A stretch of DNA of 64,000 nucleotides, from positions 9,940-73,939 of the forward strand of contig JAXGRK010000002.1 of the NCBI GenBank assembly GCA_040765985.1. Direction: 5' to 3'. This DNA is from Candidatus Dojkabacteria bacterium (lineage in GTDB: Bacteria > Patescibacteriota > Dojkabacteria > SC72). Numbering within the stretch: the first letter of the stretch is position 1; each line of letters starts with the position of its first letter. Below, piece by piece: positions 41,807-52,620 of this stretch. Made by a program: the position numbers and the translations under genes. The notes under the pieces were generated by a model. The model did no database searches, was not told where the DNA came from, and saw only the letters and a list, made by a program, of their open reading frames with translations.

Positions 41807-42074
41807 ATGCCAAATTTAAAAACATCTATTAAAGATTTAAGAAGTTCAAAGAAAAACCGTTTACAATGACAGATTAAGAAAAAGAGTTAAAGAAATCTGT
41901 TAAGAATTTTACTAACGCATTAAATATCGGAGAAAAGAAGTAAAGCCGAGAAAGTATTAAAAAATGTTTACAAAGTTCTTGACAAAGCAGCTAAGAAAAA
42001 TGTTATAAACAAAGGTAAAGGCAAGTCGAAAAAAATCACGACTTGCAGTTCAACAACAAACTGTCCAAAGATAA
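41807..42074 (+). CDS. rpsT: 30S ribosomal protein S20, frame broken about 4 times within a 268-nt gene
   Basis: MPNLKTSIKDLRSSKKNRL / YNDRLRKRVKE / KSVKNFTNALNIGEKK / AEKVLKNVYKVLDKAAKKNVINKGK / ASRKKSRLAVQQQTVQR* are consecutive S20 segments in alternating frames. Every break is at an A-rich (Lys codon) run. Its stop overlaps the next gene's ATG. Confidence 0.75.
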
Positions 42075-42622
42075 TGTCAAAACTACTCAAAAGAGCTCTT
42101 AAAAATTCTTTAGTACCCGCAATCCTTATGATTGCTGGAAAAGCTTTAGGAATTTTTATAGTAAGTGCAAAATATGGTTTCCCATTAGAAATTGGGAATG
42201 ATCTTAATGGTATTTTCTCAACACAAATATACTTTAATGACATACAAACCACCTACTTTGTTAACTCAGTATCAGATTTAATAATGCTAATAGTAATATC
42301 GGTACCCACTGCTTACCAAATAATTAAGACTGCAATATTTCAATCTACTTTTAGTAACCCTAAAACTATCGTTAAAATAGCGAAATTCAATATGATTCAA
42401 TGGATAACCAGAAACGATACAACATTTCTTAAAATATTTGTATGGTGTGCATTTCTGTGGTTATGTACAGGTGTAATAGTAAAGAATGCTCTCGAAGGAG
42501 ATACTTTTACATGGATAGCCATACTTGCAGGATCTCTCTCTTTACTTTCTGGTTTTGGAGCTTTAAAAACATTTGAAATTGAAATCAATAGGGTATATCC
42601 TGATAGTAAGAAATATTACTAA
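42074..42622 (+). CDS. Polytopic membrane protein (4-5 TM), unknown function
   Basis: 182 aa, intact. Hydrophobic helices throughout. Confidence 0.55.
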   Translation: MSKLLKRALKNSLVPAILMIAGKALGIFIVSAKYGFPLEIGNDLNGIFSTQIYFNDIQTTYFVNSVSDLIMLIVISVPTAYQIIKTAIFQSTFSNPKTIVKIAKFNMIQWITRNDTTFLKIFVWCAFLWLCTGVIVKNALEGDTFTWIAILAGSLSLLSGFGALKTFEIEINRVYPDSKKYY

Positions 42623-42798
42623 TGAAAAATCAGAAACTTAAAAAAATTCTTTACACTTTTTTAGAGCCATTCGCATTTGGTATACTTGCATTGATATTTA
42701 TAATTCCAACGATAACAGTTGTTAACTTAGAACCTATTACTAAAGTATTAAAAAATTTAGATGTTTTAGGTGTATCAGAAGAACAAGAGTTGAAATAA
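42622..42798 (+). CDS. Small (58 aa) membrane protein, translationally coupled (stop/start overlap) to the upstream gene
   Basis: MKNQKLKKILYTFLEPFAFGILALIFIIPTITVVNLEPITKVLKNLDVLGVSEEQELK. Below the track length cutoff. Confidence 0.35.
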   Translation: MKNQKLKKILYTFLEPFAFGILALIFIIPTITVVNLEPITKVLKNLDVLGVSEEQELK

Positions 42799-43176
42799 AT
42801 GTCATTGGTGGAACACACCAAATATTCGGAAGAGAGAAACTACTAGAAGATGAGAATAGTATCTTTACCTACACAACAACTCTTACAAGAAGAGATGCAG
42901 ATAGATATTCAAAACCAATACTTGAGATTAAGAATAATAAAAATATTGATGTTAAGCTCGAAATCTATGGAAACACTCACCTACCAACCTACTCTAATAT
43001 CTCCATGATAATAAATGATCAGGTATATAAATTACAAAGTGCTAATGGAGATGTAGAAACACAAAAAATACTTTTATCTCCAAATCAGAAATATATTGTG
43101 TATCTTGTTGTCGAAAGTTTCTCCAATGTACAATTTAACGAAGATTTCGAATTAAAGATTAAAGAGATTAAGTAAT
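42799..43176 (+). CDS. Hypothetical roughly 125 aa protein, frame broken once near 42825 (accaaatatt)
   Basis: ATG at 42799 gives MSLVEHTK... then a stop. The +2 frame stays open for about 115 codons (...LEIYGNTHLPTYSNISMIINDQVYKLQSANGDVETQKILLSPNQKYIVYLVVESFSNVQFNEDFELKIKEIK*). One extra A joins them. Confidence 0.4.
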
Positions 43177-43222
43177 TAAACACCCTTTTTCACTGTAAAT
43201 ATAATATAATTACCCATATTCT

Positions 43223-45046
43223 ATGGTTAATACGAATTTAAATACAATACGCAATTTCTCAATAATTGCACATATAGATCACGGTAAATCTACATTGGCA
43301 GATAGAATACTTGAGCAAGCACATATCGATATCTCAAGAGATAAAAGAGAGTCTCGAATATTAGATAGATTAGATTTAGAACAAGAGAAAGGGATAACGA
43401 TAAAACTACAAGCATGCAGATTGATATGGAAAAATATAGAGCTAAATCTCATAGACACTCCTGGTCATGTAGATTTCTCCTATGAAGTATCTCGATCTCT
43501 TGCTGCTTGTGAGGGAGCACTTCTTCTCATAGATGCCTCACAAGGTGTACAAGCACAAACCATATCTAATACACAAAAAGCCCTAGAGCTTGGATTAACC
43601 TTAATACCAGTAATAAACAAAATTGATTTACCAAATATAAACATCAAAGAGAAAGAAGATGAATTAATTCAATTACTTGGGTTTAAGCGAGAAGAGATTC
43701 TTAAAGTATCTGGTAAAACAGGGGAAGGTATAGAGAAACTTCTAGATACAATCATTGAGAAATGCCCTCCCCCAATTGGAGATATTAACAAACCTCTTAG
43801 AGCTTTAATATTTGATTCTTACTATGACGAACATCGAGGTGTAGTAATAGCAGTAAGAGTGTTTGATGGAAATATAAAATATGTACCTGGAAAATCAGAT
43901 GATCTTTACATATTACAAAGGCAACAACCCTTTAAACCAACAGAGATAGGGATATTTACACCAGATTTAGAAGAAACTACCCAACTATCTGCAGGAGAAG
44001 TTGGATATATAGCTACTGGCTTTAAAGATATTAGTATGTTTACTGTTGGAGACACAGTATCTAATACAAAAGACACATTACCATTAGATGGGTACAAAAC
44101 ACCAAAACCAAATGTATACGCTACATTCTTTCCAGTTACTACAGATCAGTATGAGCCCTTAAAAATTGGCTTAAACAAATTGAGCTTAAATGATGCATCC
44201 CTCTCTTTTTCTGATCAAAGATCAAACCTACTCGGCTCTGGTTTCAGATGTGGCTTCCTTGGGCTTTTACATATGGAAATTATCCAAGAAAGATTAGAAA
44301 GGGAGTATGATGTTGATTTGATAATTACAGCGCCCACAGTAGAGTACAAGGTTACTAAAACAGATGGTACTAAACTTGAGGTTCAAACTCCTCAAGAGAT
44401 ACCCGACCCATCAGAAATATCTGAAATTCAAGAACCATGGGTAAGATTAAAAATTATGACTCCAGATAGATACATGGGACCCCTAATGGAGCTATGTCAA
44501 CATAAAAGAGGAGTATATGTAAATACACAATATCTACCAAACACATCAGGTGACATTCAACTTAAAGATCAATATATTACATTAGAGTATGATATACCAC
44601 TAGCATCTTTAGTATCTAATTTTTTTGATTTACTCAAAAACAGATCTAGTGGATACGCATCAATGGAGTATGAATTTATTGATTTCTTTCCAGTAGATTT
44701 GGTAAAAGTATCGGTTCTTGTAAATCATCAGGAAATACCAGCACTAAGTTTTCTTGAAACAAAAAGTTAGCACAAAGTAAAGCGAATAAATTACTTGAGG
44801 TAATGAAAGAAGAGATTCCTAGACAGCAATTCCCTATTCCATTACAGGCATCTATAGGGGCTAAAATAATTGCAAGAGAAGACGTTAAGGGCTTTAGAAA
44901 AGATGTTACTGCTAAACTATACGGTGGAGACTACACTAGAAGATTAAAATTATTAGAGAAACAGAAGAAAGGTAAAAAAAAGATTGAAAATGATAGGGCA
45001 AGTAAACATCCCTCAAGAAGCGTTCTTAAGTATATTAAAAACATAA
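43223..45046 (+). CDS. lepA: Elongation factor 4 (LepA), C-terminus broken by two apparent 1-nt deletions (about 44760 and about 44965)
   Basis: ORF 43223..44770 has the GTPase motifs ([22 protein letters not shown]) and LepA domains. The C-terminal piece ...[64 protein letters not shown] sits in the frame of track ORF 44803. The final [21 protein letters not shown] is in a third frame after an A8 run. Confidence 0.9.
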
Positions 45047-46116
45047 TGATTAAAAAGCTTACTCTTACAAATTTTAGGAAATTTGAAACTAAAACCCTTG
45101 AGTTTGATAAAAATATCGTTATTTTTTACGGTCATAATGCACAAGGGAAAAGCTCAATACTAGAGGCAATATATTTAATAAACACAGGGATATCTCCATG
45201 GGCTTCAATGAATGAATTCGTAAATATCAATCAGAGCAATCAAATATTTACAAGAATTGAATCTTTAGAAGATGATAAAAGTTTTGTATATTACAAAGAC
45301 GAAGAGAAGAGAATTTTTAAAATAGATGGTAAAAATACAATACCATCTAAATTTTTTGAAAACAGATCTGCAAATATATTTAATCCCGAAAAAATAGAGC
45401 TACTAATGATATCTCCTTCTCAAAGAAGGGAGTTTCTTGATGACACTATACTTAAATATGATTATGAATATCAAACACTAATCAAAGATTTTAAAAAGAT
45501 TTTAAGACAAAGAAATGCATATTTAAAAAAACTAGCCAAACTCTTCTATGATAAAGGTGTAATTGCAATTAACGATCCTCAATTAAATTTCTGGAGTAAT
45601 CATTTTTCATTAACTTCTGCATATATATTACAAAACAGAATTAAATTGATAAAAGAGTTATCTAACAATGAATATGAAATTAAATATAAAACAGATATCG
45701 ATTTTGATAAAGAAAGTTAAATAATATTGAATATCTGAAGAAGTGTTTTGAGAAAGAGTTAGAAAAAAACAAAAGAAGAGATATAGCTACTGGGTATACT
45801 AATGTTGGACCACATAGAGATGATTGGGATATATTAAACGATAGAGACATAAGAAATTCGGTTCAAGGGGAGAAAAAGATTAGCGATAGGTAAACTTATA
45901 TTTGAAACTCAACAAATTATTTTTAATAAAACAAGTAATTACCCTGTACTACTTCTAGATGATATTGCCTCTGAGTTAGATATCTTTAATACTAAAAAAA
46001 TTTTTGATAAAAAATTACTTAATAAACAACAAACATTTATTACTGTCATCGATTACAAATCTCTCCCAAAAAATATTCTCAACAATGCACAACTAATACA
46101 CCTAAATGGTTTATAA
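45046..46116 (+). CDS. recF: DNA replication/repair protein RecF, frame broken twice (about 45715 and about 45880)
   Basis: [45 protein letters not shown] (Walker A). Later ...[14 protein letters not shown] (RecF signature). C-terminal [35 protein letters not shown] (Walker B/D-loop). The three segments lie in three frames joined at A-runs. Confidence 0.8.
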
Positions 46117-46166
46117 ATACTATACACCTCTACTATTAGATAAAATTCTGGTAAACTAGATGATAT

Positions 46167-46937
46167 ATGAGACAACATCCTATACCACAAAATGTCCTTG
46201 ATGTGGAGTTTAAACTCTTTACAAAGTTTACTTTAAAAGAGTTCGTATACCTTGCCATTGGGATAAGTATAGGGGGGATATTTCTCTATTTTACAAGTAA
46301 AGGGCATGTCCCCGGTATTATAGGAATACCCATATTTGTAATATTTTCATCTTTAGGAGCTTTCTTTGCATTAGTCCCTATTAACGATCAACCAGCTGAT
46401 AGGTTTGTATCTAATTTCTTTAACGCTATTAATCAACCTACTCAAAGAGTATGGCTGAACACAGAGTTAAAAAATCAAAAAATGAAGCCCATTTTACAAA
46501 CTCAACAGAAAAAATCTAATATAATAGGAGCGTTTGATATAGGAAAAATTAAGAAACAGCTTTTTAAAGAAAACCCAGGTGATGATATTTTAGAGAATGA
46601 AACTCAAGAGAATATTATTACAATCAATGAAGAAAATATTCATAAATATCAATTCCCTATTAAAAGTGTTGATAGGTTACCCGGAAATATAAATATATGG
46701 TTAATAAATAAAGATAATCAACCGATTCCAAATATAAATACATATCTCAAAGATTCTACTAACAAAATACTTTATGCTAACAAAACAGACAAGAACGGCT
46801 ATTTTATTTCTAACAGAATTTTTCCTGAAGGCATATATAAACTAGAATTTGAAGGAGTAACTGATAGTATGCCAAATATAAATATAGTTTTATCAAAGAA
46901 TATGGGCAAATTACCTTATAAAATAAAAATACTTTAA
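46167..46937 (+). CDS. PrgI-family (VirB3-like) membrane protein fused to a C-terminal carboxypeptidase-regulatory-like beta domain
   Basis: 256 aa. IPQNVLDVEFKLFTKFTLKEFVYLAIGISIGGIFLYF then a second TM fits the PrgI pattern (DL..x..k..g.fT.rQ..yl + 2 TM). C-terminal TDKNGYFISNRIFPEGIYKLEFEG resembles CarboxypepD_reg. Confidence 0.45.
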   Translation: MRQHPIPQNVLDVEFKLFTKFTLKEFVYLAIGISIGGIFLYFTSKGHVPGIIGIPIFVIFSSLGAFFALVPINDQPADRFVSNFFNAINQPTQRVWLNTELKNQKMKPILQTQQKKSNIIGAFDIGKIKKQLFKENPGDDILENETQENIITINEENIHKYQFPIKSVDRLPGNINIWLINKDNQPIPNINTYLKDSTNKILYANKTDKNGYFISNRIFPEGIYKLEFEGVTDSMPNINIVLSKNMGKLPYKIKIL

Positions 46938-47578
46938 TGGATACAAACGCAAGAGCAAGAACAATTTCATCTACACAGGAGCATCTTGAAATAAAAGAGA
47001 TTATTGATGATTTAGTGATAACAAAAAGTGGAAGTGCTGCAATGGTAATACAAACTTCAGCAATCAATTTCGATTTACTTGCTGAATATGAACAAGATAG
47101 TAAGATTACTGCTTTTTCTAGATTACTTAATTCTTTAAATTTTCATATTCAGATTCTAATTAGAACTCGAAGGGTAGATATCTCTAACTATGTTGAGTAT
47201 CTTGTTAATCAAGAAAACAGTACTATGACTGAGGGTCTCAAAAAACAGCTCCATATATATACTAAATTTATTCAGAATCTAATAGTTCAAAATGATGTCT
47301 TAGATAAGAACTTTTTTATAGTAATCCCCTTCAATCCTGCAGGTGAATTACCGGGTATGAGTCTTTTAAGATCTAAAAAAACTAAAGAACAAATAGAGGA
47401 AAATAAACAACTCAAACAAGAACAACTCATTGAGAAAGCAAAAATATTTTTAGCTCCTAAAAGAGATCACATATTAAAACAACTTGTAGGAATGGGAATA
47501 ATGGGACATCAGCTATCTAATAAGGAGCTAATGTCAGAACTATACACTATATATAATCCAGAAGGAGAGATTACTTAA
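46937..47578 (+). CDS. T4SS-associated protein resembling the N-terminal (membrane-proximal) region of VirB4/TrbE-family ATPases
   Basis: 213 aa. LVITKSGSAAMVIQTSAINFDLLAEYEQDSKITAFSRLLNSLNFHIQILIRTRRV parallels the VirB4 N-terminal motif block. A separate ORF (its own stop). The next gene has its own ATG. Confidence 0.4.
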   Translation: MDTNARARTISSTQEHLEIKEIIDDLVITKSGSAAMVIQTSAINFDLLAEYEQDSKITAFSRLLNSLNFHIQILIRTRRVDISNYVEYLVNQENSTMTEGLKKQLHIYTKFIQNLIVQNDVLDKNFFIVIPFNPAGELPGMSLLRSKKTKEQIEENKQLKQEQLIEKAKIFLAPKRDHILKQLVGMGIMGHQLSNKELMSELYTIYNPEGEIT

Positions 47579-47585
47579 CAATAAT

Positions 47586-49954
47586 ATGGAAGATAGTAAA
47601 TACAAATCAAAAACTATGGAGATGTTAGAGAATAAGAGTAGCTCTCTTACCGAGAACAAGTATGTATCTTTTAGGGAGGACTTAAATAAAGAATTAGAAA
47701 CAATAAAAAATAAAGATGATGGTTTAAAAGTAAATAACAAAGAAAGATATAATGAGCCAGAGAAGAAAGAAGAAGAAAAGAATATATTTTTTAAATTCCT
47801 TGATAACTTTATCCCTCAAAAAACAACACCTTCTGCAATCTCTAAAGAACCAAACGAAGCTAGATATGATGGTTTAACTACACAAGATATAATAGCCCCA
47901 ATTGATTTAGAAGTTGATTTTAACACCTTACAGATGGGTAACTATTACTTTAGATCTTTTTTTATAAGTGGATATCAAGATTTGTTGGTCCTAACTGGTT
48001 ATCCCCTATTATTAACTTCGAACATTCTCTTCGAATAAGTACTTTTTACTATCCTGTTGATTCAAAAGTTATTCTAGACAAACTTAGAAAAAAGATTGGA
48101 GAGATGGAAGCAACAATATATGGTCAAATGGAAGAAAAGAAAAGTTGTAGATCCATCTGTGAAAGTAGCACTTTCGATGCTCAACAGTTGCAAGATTCTA
48201 TTGCAGAGGGTACTGAAAAATTCTTTCATTTCACAATGTACATTACTATATACGCACCAACAAAAGAGCTATTAGAAAAATACAGTAGGAATGTTACATC
48301 TACTCTTGCAGCAATTAGTGTAACTGCAAAATCAACAACCTTACAACAGGAACAGGCCTTTATTAGTACTCAACCTATCGGTCTAGACAAGCTATATATT
48401 ACAAGGAATATGGATACTACATCCTTAGCTACTACCTTTCCTTTTGTAACTTCAGAGCTAACTATGGACCATGGAATTATGTATGGAATAAATATGCATA
48501 ATAATAGTTTGGTGATATTTGATAGATTCGAGCTTGAAAATGCTAACACCGTTGTCTTCGCTAAATCAGGTGCAGGTAAAAGCTACTTTGTTAAACTAGA
48601 GGCAATTAGAAGTTTAATGCTTGGCACAGATGTCATTATCATAGATCCTGAAAGAGAATATGAAGATCTTTCTAAGGCCGTAGGTGGGTCATATATATCA
48701 TTCTCACAGGATAAAGGTCACAAGATGAACCCATTCGAACTATCAGGAGTATCTGAAGAGGGTGATGATGAATTAAGAATGAAACTTTTATCACTACAAG
48801 GATTCTTTAAAGTAATGTTTGATGGCTTGAGTAGTATAGAATCCTCTATCCTTGACAGAGCCCTAATATTAACATACAGAGAGAAAGGTATTACCTTTGA
48901 TCCTGATACACAAACAAATACCCCCCCTATGCTTGAAGATCTATACAAGGTGCTAAAGGGTATGGCTGAGAACGAAGCCCATGAGTTGGCTCGAAGGATG
49001 GAGAAATATATCATAGGTAGTGGTGCGGGTGTGTTTAACGAAGCAACTAATTTCGAAATTAAAAATCCATTTACCGTATTTAGTGTTAGAGATTTGCAGG
49101 AAGAACTAAAACCCTTATCAATGTATTTGATGTTGGATTTCATCTGGACAGTAATTCGTAAGAACAAAAAAAGACGACTTCTACTTGTTGATGAGGCCTG
49201 GTATATGATGCAAAGAGAAGACTCTGCTAGATTTATGTACTCGATAGCGAAAAGAGCAAGAAAGTACTACTTAGGTTTAACAACAATAACTCAAGATGTT
49301 GCAGATTTCTTAACTAACGATATGGGAAGAGCAATAATATCAAACTCCTCTCTTCAAATGCTCATGATGCAAAGCCCAACCACTTTAGACAAATTACAGG
49401 AAGTCTTTAATCTTTCTGATGGAGAAAAAACTTTCCTTCTTAACTGTGAAAAAGGTCAAGGACTTTTCTTTGCAGGAGCAAATCATGTGGCCATTCAAGT
49501 GCTATCGAGTGTACAAGAACATGAGTTAATCACTTCTGACCCAAGAGAGTTAGAGCAAAGAAAATTACAAGGAGACAGAGATGAAACAAGAACTATTGAT
49601 GAATTAGCAGCGATATTTGACCCCCCAGCAACACAACAAGCTGTGACAACTGAGACCACAAGAAACAAAACTTTGATTGAAAGAGCCGTTGGAAGAAGAA
49701 AAGAAGATATTGGTGTAATACAACAAGAAACTACTAGATATCAAGAAGAATTAAAGAAGAGATTAGAGGAACAAGAGAGAGAATTAAATCCTAAAAAATA
49801 TGAATCCCAGAAAAGCTTTAATGAGATAATTGAAGAGAATACCATTCCTGGAAAGATTGTTCGGGAAAGAAGAGATATTCAAGAAGGAGTTAGACATATT
49901 ACTCCACAAGGTATAATAGGAGATGACAATGAGCAACAACCAAAACAATATTAG
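47586..49954 (+). CDS. VirB4/TrbE/PrgJ-family conjugal-transfer (type IV secretion) ATPase, frame broken once at about 47981-47990
   Basis: ORF 47586..48038 (...LQMGNYYFRSFFISGYQDL) and ORF 48104..49954 (Walker A VVFAKSGAGKSYFV, DPEREY, Walker B LLLVDEAWYMM) lie in frames joined through an open stretch from 47954. The second frame reads ...GPNWLSPIINFEHSLRISTFYYPVD upstream of the track ATG, the conserved VirB4 G.P.WL..L block. Confidence 0.8.
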
Positions 49955-50137
49955 TAATACGGTTTATCAGTATAATGTCACTACTAATTCTAGTGTCAAT
50001 TACGATAATATCCAAAATACACAAAAACAGAATATATCATCAAAAATTATTAGACCAAGTATATCTAAAAGTCCTCATGGACCTGCCTTAGCAAGAGCTA
50101 TGAAAGCATTGAAATTGGTAAACCCATTTAAAGGAGT

Positions 50138-51276
50138 TTAGCTTAAAGGACCCTGATCTGGAAGTACATACTGCTTTAGATTCTCTGCAGTAATAACAAT
50201 AGGAACTTGTTTACCATTGATAATCTCTCTAGCAGCACTTCTAGCTAAGGTTGCAATGTTTCTTTCTAATTGACGAATACCAGCATCAAATCCAACAGGT
50301 CTAATAAGAAGTGGCCATACCTCTTCTGTAATTTGATATACTCTGGGGATAATCCCATACCTGCAAAAACTCTTGGTAAAATATATGACTTAGCGATCAC
50401 CTCTTTCTCTTTATCTGAATAACTCATAAAACGAATAACTTCCAATCTATCTAGTAGCGCAGCAGAAAGTCCTCCAAGATTATTTGCTGTACAGATAAAA
50501 AGAACTTGTGATAAATCAACAGGATGATCAATATAGTGGTCTACAAAGGTTGAATTCTGTTCAGGATCTAATATCTCTAATAGAGCTGCCATCATATCAT
50601 TATGTAACCCTTGATTTTGACTAGACTTCTCTATTTCATCTACCAAAATAACAGGATTCATTGTACCAGTTCGAACCAGTGCCTTAATTATTTGACCCGG
50701 TTCTGAATCCATCTCGTGCCTTGGTACACCTCTTAGAGTTCTTACATCACCAACAGCACCAAGAGAAATTCTTGCAAATTTTCGTCCCATAGATCTTGCA
50801 ATAGATTGCGCTATAGATGTTTTACCTATACCCTGTAAACCAACAAAAAGAAGTGTAGGAAAAGTTGGAATATTATAATCTTGATTAACCTCTCCTCTTA
50901 CTTTAGTAATCTTTTTTAATTGCATCGTTGCAAGATAGTCCAATATCATCTCCTTTACTGTTTCCATACCGTAATGGGTACCATCCATGATACTTTTGGC
51001 ATTTTGAATATCTAAATTATCCTCAGATACTACACCCCACGGAATTCTTGTTATCCAATCAATATATTTATCTACACCTTCAAATTCAGAGCTATAGTTT
51101 CCCCATTTAGCCATTCTCTCTAATCTTTGAATTACCTTCATACTATCCTCTTTTAATCCTACAGGTACATTAGAACCAGATAATTTATTCTGTAGTTCAA
51201 TAATTTCAGAAATCATATCATTAGAGGTGTTCGTTTGTTGTGTATTATTATTAAAATCCATATCAAAATATATCAT
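50138..51276 (-). CDS. Lon-family AAA+ ATPase module with no protease domain (frame broken once at about 50275)
   Basis: Matches the Lon region from just before Walker A (HYGMETVKEMILDYLA) through Walker A LQGIGKTSIAQSIA, Walker B ILVDEIEK, LLEILDPEQNSTFVDHY and LLDRLEVI. After the frame change it continues PVGFDAGIRQLERNIATLARSAAREIINGKQVPIVITAENLKQYVLPDQGPLS*, then stops. No Ser-Lys protease domain or LON N-domain. Only 37 nt to the next gene upstream. Confidence 0.7.
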
Positions 51277-51313
51277 ATAGAGATATTACTTTCTCGACCT
51301 ATAACATAGATAT

Positions 51314-52603
51314 TTAGGAAAGACCCTGTAAAACTGCCTCTTTAAGAGAATTAGCCGCGTACTTCAAATCATCCTCATTACTGTATATACCCAAACTAAA
51401 CCTTAATGTAGGACCTGTACAAAACCTATCATGTAATGGCTCTGCACAATGAAACCCCTCTCTAAAAGCAATACCCTTTTTATCCAAAAACTCAGAAATA
51501 CTCTCCCCATCTCTTTTTGTTTCCATACCCAATATATCTTTACAACCTCTAAACTTAAAACCTTTAATATTAAAAGCTATCACACCATATTTTAAAGATA
51601 TATCATCAGAACCAAAATGAACAAACCAATCTATACCATTAAACTCATTCAGAAAGTACCCTATTAACCCCTGCTCATGATTAATTACCATATCCCAACC
51701 ACCTACCTTTTCAACTGTATCATTTAACCAACTGATAGCATTACCCAGTGCTATACCTCCCCCGATATCAGGTGTACCTGCTTCAAATCTCCAAGGTAGT
51801 TCGTTGTATTCAAAACCCTTTTTAGTTACAGTAGATATCATCTCTCCTCCTCCCATCCATGGAGTAAGTTTCTCTAGATATTTTAATTTACAATATACAG
51901 CTCCACTACCAGTTGGACCGTATACCTTATGTCCCGAGAATACCAAAGAGTCACAACCTAACTCCTTAACATCTACCTTACATCTTGCAATACTTTGAGC
52001 TGCATCTAAGATTGTAAAGCTATCAACCTTTTTTGCAATATTAAATATCTCTTTAATATCATTTTTAACACCTAAAACATTAGATATATGTACAACAGAC
52101 ACTATCTTAATCTTTTTACCCTTTCTCTTTAGCAAATCCTTAAACCAATCTAAATCTAGGGTGTAATCCTCTTTAATAGGTATATACTCAATATTAAAAT
52201 TAATATCTTTTTGAAGTAACATCCAAGGAACAATATTACTATGATGTTCCATTTCAGTAATTACTACGCTATCTCCATCTTTAAGAATATCTCTTCCTAC
52301 AGTATTCACTAAGAAATTTAATCCCTCTGTTGTATTCCTAACAAAGAATATCTCTTTAAAAGAAGATGCATTTATAAATTGAGCAACTATTTGATGAGCC
52401 TCTTCCCATAGCTTAGTAGCATCTTTTGAAAGAGAATACGGTCCTCTATGTATATTAGCGTTTTCTTTAGTGTAATACTGATTTAATCTATCTATTACTA
52501 TCTGTGGTTTTTGTGTAGTAGCTGCACTATCTAAATACACAAGCCCTCTACTTAATATATTACTTTTTAAAATAGGGAACTCTTTTCTAATATCATCAAA
52601 CAT
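51314..52603 (-). CDS. sufS: Cysteine desulfurase, SufS/CsdA-type (aminotransferase class V)
   Basis: 429 aa. HHSNIVPW, the PLP-lysine region SGHKVYGPTGSGAVY, and a conserved C-terminal Cys loop. Confidence 0.8.
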   Translation of the reverse strand: MFDDIRKEFPILKSNILSRGLVYLDSAATTQKPQIVIDRLNQYYTKENANIHRGPYSLSKDATKLWEEAHQIVAQFINASSFKEIFFVRNTTEGLNFLVNTVGRDILKDGDSVVITEMEHHSNIVPWMLLQKDINFNIEYIPIKEDYTLDLDWFKDLLKRKGKKIKIVSVVHISNVLGVKNDIKEIFNIAKKVDSFTILDAAQSIARCKVDVKELGCDSLVFSGHKVYGPTGSGAVYCKLKYLEKLTPWMGGGEMISTVTKKGFEYNELPWRFEAGTPDIGGGIALGNAISWLNDTVEKVGGWDMVINHEQGLIGYFLNEFNGIDWFVHFGSDDISLKYGVIAFNIKGFKFRGCKDILGMETKRDGESISEFLDKKGIAFREGFHCAEPLHDRFCTGPTLRFSLGIYSNEDDLKYAANSLKEAVLQGLS

Positions 52604-52620
52604 ATTAATAGGAATTTAAC

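Noticed and set aside
49923-50141. 72-codon N/Q/S-rich ORF overlapping the 3' end of the VirB4 gene.
   Set aside because: No TM segment or motif. It overlaps 32 nt of virB4 and most of it lies opposite the Lon-like gene terminus. Possibly real (a small T4SS accessory protein) but unsupported.
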